64,000 nt of DNA. Source: the human T2T-CHM13v2.0 reference genome, Homo sapiens. The DNA is taken from assembly GCF_009914755.1 (NCBI RefSeq), contig NC_060928.1, one strand, 5' to 3'. The notes beneath the pieces are model-generated. The model saw only the letters and a program-made list of their open reading frames with translations, was not told where the DNA came from and made no database searches. Shown in pieces: positions 55,209 to 64,000 of this stretch; the stretch's first letter is position 1; the number at the start of each line of letters is the position of its first letter. The position numbers and the translations under genes are program-made.

Positions 55209-55284
55209 GACTTAAAATAAGATACTCAAAACTGGGCAGATAAAGCATCGATTCTAATCCACCACCTGAAGTCATATGACTCAT
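55209..55284 (-). other. Candidate exon, 76 nt (MSHMTSGGGLESMLYLPSFEYLILS)
   Basis: Strong acceptor tttttttttccacttctgcttcag| and donor GTC|gtaaga. Confidence 0.45.
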
Positions 55285-56029
55285 CTGAAGCAGAAGTGGA
55301 AAAAAAAATCTAGACCAGGAATCTCAAATTATCACAGGCAGCAAAGAAAGTCAAAATGATTGTACCAATGAGTCATCCGCCATCTGCTTCTCTTCCAGAA
55401 AATGTAAGTCAAGGTACAGATAAGCAGGAGTAAACCAACATCAAGAAAATGCAAACCACAATGTTCTTCTACAATGATAGAAGGAAATATGAAGTATATT
55501 AAAAGCTAACACAAGGAGATTAGATTGACTCAGAACCTCACTGAGCAGGCTGGGAAGATAATAGGTTTTGTAAGACCCAATACCTGCAATAAATGATATG
55601 GGAAAGGGAAGGAGGCCTATACTATGGCTAAAAAGGGAACTGAAAGCCAAGAGACTCAATAGGTGAGTTCCAGTTTACCAATTTATTCTTCCCACTCCAT
55701 TTGCTGACTCAAGTTGTGATACAGAAGATAGGAAATCTCATCTTCCTAACAAGAAGACTCCATTCCTATGAGGAAAAATAAGCTGAGAGTCCACTTGAAA
55801 TCTCTTCTTGATACCTCCACATCCATCATCCCTCTCTTATGATCCACTTTTGGCTACCTTACTAGAACAGAGAACTGTTCTGTGGAATTATTCATTCCAT
55901 TGCTCTTGTTTTATATTGATAGTTTAGCACTCATCATACTGTATTACAGGGCATTATTTGTACTTTTTCTCTTTAATATATATAAATTCCTTCAGTCATG
56001 TGTCATAGCAATAGCTAATTAATACTCAT

Positions 56030-56380
56030 TATTTTATCCTACCAATCTTTATTGAGCACCTACTATGGGCCAAACACTGTTCTTGGGGCTTATGATATAT
56101 TAAAAAACAAACTATGATCTCTGCCTTTGTGAAGCTTACATTCAAGTGGGAGGCAGGAATAGAAAATCATCATAAGTAGATATGCTAGTATGTTTGAAGA
56201 TGATAAACATCACTGAAAAGAAAAACAGTAGAATAAGAAAGATCAGGAATGCCAGAAGGTAGTGTTGGGGAAGGGGTAGTTTGCGGCATTAAAGAGGACA
56301 GTCAGAGCGGGCTTTATTGAGAAGGTGAGATTTGCCCAGACTTGAAGGAGGTGATGGAGTTAGTCAAGTGAATTTTGAGA
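56030..56380 (-). mobile_element. L2 relic
   Basis: ttattgagcacctactatgggccaaacactgttc...gggctttattgagaaggtgagatttg...cttgaaggagg. Confidence 0.8.
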
Positions 56381-57123
56381 ACAGATGTATTACACTTTCT
56401 TCTTCAAGCTCCATCAAGGACTTTAAGCCAGTGCTACCTTGAGACTCAGGAGATTTGGTAAGTTCACCAAGCTGCCAAAACACTTGTTTTTGGCTCACAT
56501 GATATATTCAGTGAGTAAGACTTTAGTCATTTTGTTACTATTGTGTGACATGGGAGACTGAGAACAGGAACAGAGAAAGGAGAAGCAGCACAGCACTCAA
56601 GAGTGGGGTGGGAATGGGGAGAAGAGGGACCTCCACTCTCATCTGAATCAAGAAAGATTCTGGAAATCTTGTGGGTAGAATGAAGTCAGCCCTTCCTGTT
56701 TCCTAAATGTCCTTCCTTGTGATGAGTTTTAATTATCTAAACCTGTCATAAAACTCTACAGAGTCTCTTTGTTGTCTTTAAAGGCTTCTTTTTGCTGGCT
56801 CTTTTTATTCATTCTTTATTTCTGTGGTGACCAAAAGGATCAATCTCAGCTATATTTTCTGGAGAGGCCCAGGAGAGGGAATTCCAGTTTTGTTGTTCAG
56901 TTTCAGCCCTGTACTAGTTTTATAAAATTATATCTATTTTGGGGGGCTCTTTCAAAGAAAGTGTAACTAATCAAGATATATTTGAAAATGTACTCATTCA
57001 ATTAAAAACGCTTATTAAGCGATTGACAGGTTTCAGGCACTGACTGTGTATTAAGCATACAAAGATAAGGAAGATATGGTTATACTAGAAGTAAAAACCT
57101 ATCCTTAATAATATTCTGGGGCA

Positions 57124-57527
<404 letters not shown>

Positions 57528-57732
57528 CTAGAAATAATTCAGTCAAAAGTACTAAACATTTTTTCAATGAAACAAGAAAAGTCATGTTCTTACTGATGAC
57601 TATTTTACTACTGTGATTGTCTTTTATGTAAAACTTTTAAACCCTAGCAACATTAGCCATTCCTCCTGGTTCCTGTTAATAAGTCTGTGCTTCACTGAAC
57701 ATCCTAATCACCCACATTTACCATCACTTTAC

Positions 57733-57831
57733 CATGAAAGAGGAAGAGAATGGTGACTTCACAAAAGTCAATAAAGAAGAAGTGGAAACAGTGAAGTGAG
57801 GGGAAGCCTCAAGGCAGCAACTAAGAACAAC
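57733..57831 (-). other. Candidate exon, 99 nt (VVLSCCLEASPHFTVSTSSLLTFVKSPFSSSFM)
   Basis: Branch-like cctgac, acceptor ttattctctgtgcttatag| and donor ATG|gtaaag; phase 0-0 open. Overlaps a plus-strand candidate exon, so it may be a shadow. Confidence 0.3.
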
Positions 57832-58881
57832 CTATAAGCACAGAGAATAATAGTGGTCAGGTTTTTAAAGACCACAGGACCTCTGGGAGTGACTCATTTG
57901 GAGAACATACTATTTCTGCCTTTGACTCCACAGTGAGGTCTGCCCATACGGTGTTGGTGGTGTTATTTTATGTAAGATGTAGCTCAGTTGCCAAAGAAGT
58001 ACATGTTTTCCTCAGCCCTATATGACTTAAAGATCCCTCTAAAACTCAAATTAACACATAACGTGTAAATCACATATACACAGTGTTTAGTGTCATATCA
58101 TAAAATGTTTTTGCATCAATGAGTTAGTTGTTACTGCTTCTGCAGTAACATCTTCTGCAGAAGGAACTGCAGATATGTGAGTATAGGAGAAAATAAACAT
58201 ATCCCTCACAGTCTGCTTTCTTTGTTTAATTCATTCACTAGACTGATCATTCTAAGGAGGATTTTGTGCTGCTCTTGTTTTGCTGCTGGGCCTATCCTGT
58301 TTCCATTCCCAAATCAAGTATTCCTGGAATTTAAGGTATCACTTTACCAGCCTGACCACAAGTTCCCCATTGTTTCCTCTGCTCTGCTCATGACCTGGAA
58401 TAATGCCTCTCCCTGGATACTAAATTTACTGACCCTGCCTAGGACCGAGAAGATTGATGAGTCCTCAACCCGTGCATGTCTTCAAAAAGGTAAGACAGAC
58501 CAGCAAAGCAGTAAAATGACAGACCCATTGTTTGAGCCCAACGCTGGGACTTCCCCTTTTGTATAAGCTGAGTCACATTTTTCCTGTTGTCAACTTGAAG
58601 CCTGTTCGTTGATGTACGATAGGACTATCTTGCTGATATATAAAGTCAGGCAGACAGGTTTCCTTGCATTTGTTTGCCTTACCTTGGACCCTTACCAATT
58701 AGAAACTGTCCACTGGCCAAAAGAGATAAGACATGGTTTATTAAAGCACAGATACTACATTGAATGAAATAATTTCTGACAATTTTCTTCTGTTAAAGTG
58801 CCATCCGAGGTTCCTGCCTTGTGCAATCTTACTGATTTTGACAGAGGTCTTTTGGGATGTATATGTGCATTTTATTCTTGA
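57734..58881 (+). CDS. Candidate small spliced ORF, 63 aa (exons 57734-57795, 58443-58489, 58799-58881), unrecognised
   Basis: accATG start with an upstream in-frame stop; GAA|gtgagg, cctag|G...AAG|gtaaga and ttcttctgttaaag| sites join in phase: MKEEENGDFTKVNKEEVETVKTEKIDESSTRACLQKVPSEVPALCNLTDFDRGLLGCICAFYS*. Confidence 0.2.
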
Positions 58882-59300
58882 TATCTGTTCAGTTGACACA
58901 TGTTTTAAAACCACAGATATATTTGATTGGTTGGCAAATTGTGAAAACAGGAAGTCAAATAATGGAATCAACTGTGAAACAACCATAACAAGTGAAGCTT
59001 TTCTGCTTAAGTGCCAAGATGGGAATACTGTTATGAGTAACAAACAAAATGAAATGATAATGTCAATATAATTCCAACAGGAAGAGTGAGCATCTGGACT
59101 GCCCTAATTATCATATTTCCAGTGCTTTATAACCAATGAAATGGTTTTTACATTTTACTCTCCAATATTGTTGCTAGGCATGATAAAAAATCTCCAAAAT
59201 TGAGAGAGGGATGTGGTGACATTTTCTAGCTAGGAAATATTTGAGATTTTTTCTTTTTTTTTTTTTTTGGTCGGACAATCACCACTTGCATTGGACTTCA

Positions 59301-59615
<315 letters not shown>

Positions 59616-60469
59616 TCTACTGATTGCTTACTCTAGAACAGGCACTGTTGTAAACACTAGGGTTATGAAGGTCATGGCAAATCACCTTCTTGCTTATAAG
59701 CATTTGCACATTACACCGAGACTTTTCTTGTAATGCCTCAAGGTTTCCAAGTACCAGTTCTCCTGTGATAGTCATTCTTCCATGGTGAATTTTCAAAAGG
59801 TTATCAAGCAGTGTAAAGAATAAAAAAAATCCTCAAATCAATAGATATGAGGAACATATGCAAATATTAGAATAAAATGAAAGAGACGATTTTTAGACAA
59901 AGACCAGGAAATACGATCTCACTAGTATGTATTAAGTTTATAAAACTTATTACTTCAAAAATTTCAGAAACATAAACGAATTTTAAAGACACCTGAATAA
60001 ACTTGAGGCAGGGCAGCTGTTAGCAGTATAATGAGGGAAGGGTGGAGCATGTACCATGCCACAGATGGGAAATCCTGTTCTTCCATCTTCCATCTTCTGA
60101 GAATTTCTATATGAAATATGTTATGGAAATGATGGCATGTGCCATCTATTCAGACAATTGAGTTTTTAAAGTATGATCAATATTTCTCAAGGTCTGCCCC
60201 TGCCAGAAAAGAATTTAAAATATTACAATGGGACATTTTAATGTCATCTTGTTGGAGGGAGAATTAATGAGGACTTGGCACAATTGATTGTTAGTTAGAA
60301 GATTAAGTCACAATGCATATATTAATCTATTTAACCTTCAAACACTGTTTTAAGAGACTGTTTTAGGAGAAAGTACTTTTGAGCCAGTTGCATATTTCAG
60401 TCAACCTTAATTATATTCAGAAATCTAACCCTAGAAATGTAAATTTAAAGGTGGAAGAACAGAAAGACA

Positions 60470-60600
60470 AACTACTCTAAAGCTCTCATCTTACAGATGA
60501 AGCACAAACAAATTAAATGAAATCCAGAGGTTACAGCATTTATACAGCGATGAAGCCAAGCCCAAACCTAGGTCACCTGGATACCAAGGCTTGTCTCAGG
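60470..60600 (-). mobile_element. MIR relic
   Basis: ctcatcttacagatgaagc...ttaaatgaaatccagaggttacagc. Confidence 0.6.
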
Positions 60601-61346
60601 TCTCTGCATGGACAAGGAGATGAAATAAAACTGCATCCAGAATTATCCAATTAGCCTGTATCTCTTATTGTGAAATGATTCCATTTGGATACAGAATCAG
60701 TCACTAATTGAAAAAAACACTGCATTGACTTTCAACTGATGAATCTGCCCTAAGAGGTGTTACACTTGTCATTATACCCATAGAGTATTACAGCACTGCT
60801 TACCAACTCTGTACTAATCAAACAATCATCTTTATTGTTTCATAAAGGTGAAAAGTAAAGAAAAATTCTTAGTGAAAAAGCCCTCCCAAAGAGAAATCCA
60901 GGGAAAATAGCAATAATAATGCAAAACATTCAACTATATAATTTCCAAGACTTTCACTTCACTGTGTAGTCAAGTAACACTATTATTCATTTCACAGCTA
61001 TAGATCAATTTGCTCATGTGTGAAACCTAGGAAATACAACCATTTTCTCTTCAGATGAGTAATCCTGGTTTGAGTTACCCATACAATTTCATAAAAATAC
61101 ATTATTCCAGATGGACTCCAGTTGCTGGGCAGATGGAAATGCTTAAGTAAAGGACTAAAAACTTCATTATCCTAAATTAGGTAGTCAGAGAGAAAAAGTA
61201 TGAATATAACTATAACCCAAATAATTTTTAAGTTTTATGAATATTTTTAAAAATTCTACTTTCAGGAGAAAAGAACTTGAAAAATAATTACACATATTTA
61301 AGTATTTAAAAAGTATATACTTTTACAGTCAAGTTTTTAATCAATT

Positions 61347-61415
61347 AGTTGTAGCTACCATAATTATATTTCTCATAGTCACTTTCCATTTTTACATACT
61401 GAGCCAACCTGTCCA
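61347..61415 (+). repeat. Segment duplicated at 63933-64000
   Basis: agttgtagctaccataattatatt(t)ctcatagtcactttccatttttacatactgagccaacctg(t/a)cca; one indel and one mismatch. Confidence 0.95.
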
Positions 61416-62455
61416 TAAGCCAAGCTCAGGTTTATCTCATTCCTTCAGTTGATTGGACAGGATTTCCCCACAGGCACAGGTGCAATTTCTGTAAGCATCA
61501 CTGCTGTGACTGTGATGGTTAATGTGGGAGTCTTGTCTACCTTCCCACATAGCTTACCTGTGCTCATTGTCATTGCATATGACATTTCTGGATGTACATT
61601 TCTATCTAATGAGAGACTGCTGCTCAGCCCATTCATATTTATGCTTTGGCCAGTCTGACAGAAGTTAGCTCATAATGGGCAGGACAATTGGTGTCCCATG
61701 GTCAAGAGCTCCGTCCCTAGCAGGATCTAATATTGTTCCAGGAGCTTCTTTGGACCTCTAAAAACTTCACTGAAATGACAGGTCTCTAAAACATCATGAG
61801 GTTTATCTCCCACACTCAGGCATTGCCACCTCTTACTGCAAAGGAATGAGCCACCTCTGTAAACTTTGAACATTCAGGGATGTATACAGAGCCAAAATCC
61901 TCTGGGGGAATCTACCCATTATGTCTTCATCCCATGTTTTAAGATCCTAGGTTTTCATCCATGGTCTGCCTTGGCTGAGCATGTAAGTATCTCTGATGCT
62001 CTGGAATTCTACTTGTCAAATCCTGGAGTCTGTTTTTCAGCTGTTCATTATTCCACTGCAGGGGAAAAGAGACCCTTCTTAAATCACCAGAGAGGTTCTC
62101 TAACTCTTGCCCTTAGCAGTAGTTTGTTAATGGTTCTCTGTTTCTCATTATCCCATTGCAGAGCATCAATATAACAGTAATGCCCAGCCAACACTCTGTC
62201 CTTGTGCTCCCCACCGCCATCTCTCTTTCAAATCCTTGAATCATTATAACTGCAAGGGCATTTTCCATTGGGATGTTTCCTCAAGTCACCCCTGATGAAT
62301 TGTTCAGCGATTGGATTTTCACTTTGTGCCAGGGACTATCTAGGCCCCACATTCCTCTCATGATGCAGTCCTCCTTGCCTGTCGAGAAATGAGTGAGCCA
62401 GGCCCCAAGCTCCATCTTGCCACTTGACTTATCAGAACATGTTTGGTTTCTACCA
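61415..62455 (-). mobile_element. MLT1-type (ERVL-MaLR) internal sequence, 5' part
   Basis: Directly abuts the LTR and starts tggtag on the minus strand (PBS-like position); decayed internal sequence. Confidence 0.6.
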
Positions 62456-62900
62456 TGTCAACTCAGGTCAACCCAGGAGGAGCTAACAAAACAGGATTAC
62501 ACATGTAAGATATATATTGGGGGAAACTCCTGTGAAAGATGAAGAAGGAAGGGGCAGGAGTAGAGAGGGCCTTCAGACCACAGTGAAGAATTGGCTTCTG
62601 TAAAAAGAGAAATAGAATGTTTGTAATCCTGGTCCAGACCATCTCTAACTCTGTAACTCTCCTATTTCCACATCTTTTGACCACAAAGTTGTTAGAAGAA
62701 CTGGAGATCGATGTACATGGGAAGGCCCAGCTCAAGCTCTGTGCAGAGTGGGTCCTTAGCAACTGTTACGTTATGTGTTCACTGCACAGAACAGGGGAGT
62801 AATAAGCAGAGCCCTGGGTTTCCTTCAAAGAAATGCAGTGACCCTTATTTCATGTGTAGGCAGGTAGATATGGAGGCTGCCCCTCTCTGCATCTACAACA
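62456..62900 (-). mobile_element. MLT1-family LTR
   Basis: tgtcaactcagg...caggattacacatgtaagatatatattgggggaaactcctgtgaaag...gccttcagacc...ctacaaca; TG/CA termini. Confidence 0.8.
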
Positions 62901-63109
62901 AGCCCTGTTTCTCATTAAAGTCAACGTTGAACACTATGTTTTAAATAACACAAGGAAGAAAACAGGATGCACTTATCTCCTTAGACATGACCTCAAAATG
63001 TATTCTTCTTTATAACTGTTATTACTAACTAAAATACATCCTTCCTATTCTTTCTTTGGAAAGAAGAAAAATAAGGCTTGTGATGGAAGGTAGGATAAAG
63101 CCAGCACAT

Positions 63110-63290
63110 ATTGAGTGATGATATGTGCCAGGTACTACTTTAGGTACTTTATGAATGTTTTCTTTCTTCATCCTTACACTCTTTGGAGTTAGAATTATCC
63201 ACACCTTACATAAGAAAACAATCAAGGTTATAGAAATTAAATAACTTGTCCATAGTATTGCAGTTAATTATCAGAAATGACTATTGACTC
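63110..63290 (-). mobile_element. MIR SINE
   Basis: tatgtgccaggtactactttaggtacttta...gaaattaaataacttgtccatagt. Confidence 0.75.
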
Positions 63291-64000
63291 TGAAACTTTG
63301 TATATTTCAGTTTTGCAAAAATCTTATCTGTGAGGTGGACTTTAATTCAAGAATTATAGAAATGTTTTGGTTGAAATAATTTTTTTAATAAAAAAGAATT
63401 TTTTCCTATGTTATGTATTTAAAATCTATAATGAATTTTGGCCCTATCTCTGTTAAAACCACATTGTTTTAAATACTTAGTTGCTCATAAATCTATTTCT
63501 CCTCATTATAAACCCTTGAGGGAGACTATTATATCTAATTCATCTCATCCTAACCAACTAAAATTAGGCCTAAATGTCATATGCACTCAATTTATGTATG
63601 CTGAGCCAAATAGGATAATTCAAACAACTCAGTTCATTTTTCTGCTAATTCTCCACTTACTCTGATACAGCAAATTAGAATGATAGAGAGGAAAACATAT
63701 CCTCTTCTTTATTCCATGGGACCCATATCATAGTGGACAGCCTCTCTCAAAAAAGCCTTAAAACTCTTCTATTTTTTGAGAACCCATAGTTGTTTAACTA
63801 GCTTGTCCTGGCTGAAAGATAGATGTGGATTATAAGAATCAACAGGAAATCCTCATTGCAGGTACACATCTCCTAAATTTCCCCACTATGCAGAGAGATG
63901 GCCAATTATTATAGAAGCATAATTACTATAGAAGTTGTAGCTACCATAATTATATTCTCATAGTCACTTTCCATTTTTACATACTGAGCCAACCTGACCA

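Noticed and set aside
55209-55284. Alternative reading DESYDFRWWIRIDALSAQF*VSYFKS-WPEVPINSTGLQDQ-LYISQVQ
   Set aside because: Protein-like, but it needs an extra stop, exclusion of the 30-nt exon and a frameshift at ~18310. Less parsimonious; not excluded without homology data.
58177-58566. 129-aa plus-strand ORF
   Set aside because: Non-ATG start, no recognisable domain, and it reads through apparent splice sites; likely chance.
58683-58712. Minus-strand 17/30-nt microexon with two gtaagg donors
   Set aside because: Has stops in the frame needed to join the 57831 exon; could only be non-coding; unsupported.

Overview
Eukaryotic, AT-rich, CpG-poor primate genomic DNA, very probably human, because an AluYa5 with all five diagnostic positions is present. 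Roughly 60% of the window is LINE-1, including a ~20 kb four-level nest of L1s at 18.6-38.8 kb and a near full-length old L1PA at 46.2-52.9 kb. It also carries about 15 Alus, MER21 and MLT1 LTRs, ERVL-class internal fragments, MER20/MER103 DNA transposons, and L2/MIR relics. Most long ORFs in the supplied track are decayed L1 ORF1/ORF2 or Alu-derived. I recognise no intact known protein-coding gene, and there is no rRNA, tRNA, CRISPR array or CpG island. Two signals go beyond repeat annotation. (1) Ten short minus-strand segments lie in the non-repeat islands. Nine have AG/GT splice sites and the last ends at a stop with a downstream AATAAA. They join in compatible phases into a 230-codon frame with only three internal stops and at least two hydrophobic helices. 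This is a candidate decayed multi-exon membrane-protein gene or lncRNA that I cannot name, and a short plus-strand spliced ORF overlaps its 5' end. (2) There are many templated-insertion and fold-back repair scars, including segments copied from 1-2.6 kb away. Repeat subfamily calls come from memory of consensus motifs, and boundaries of old repeats are approximate.
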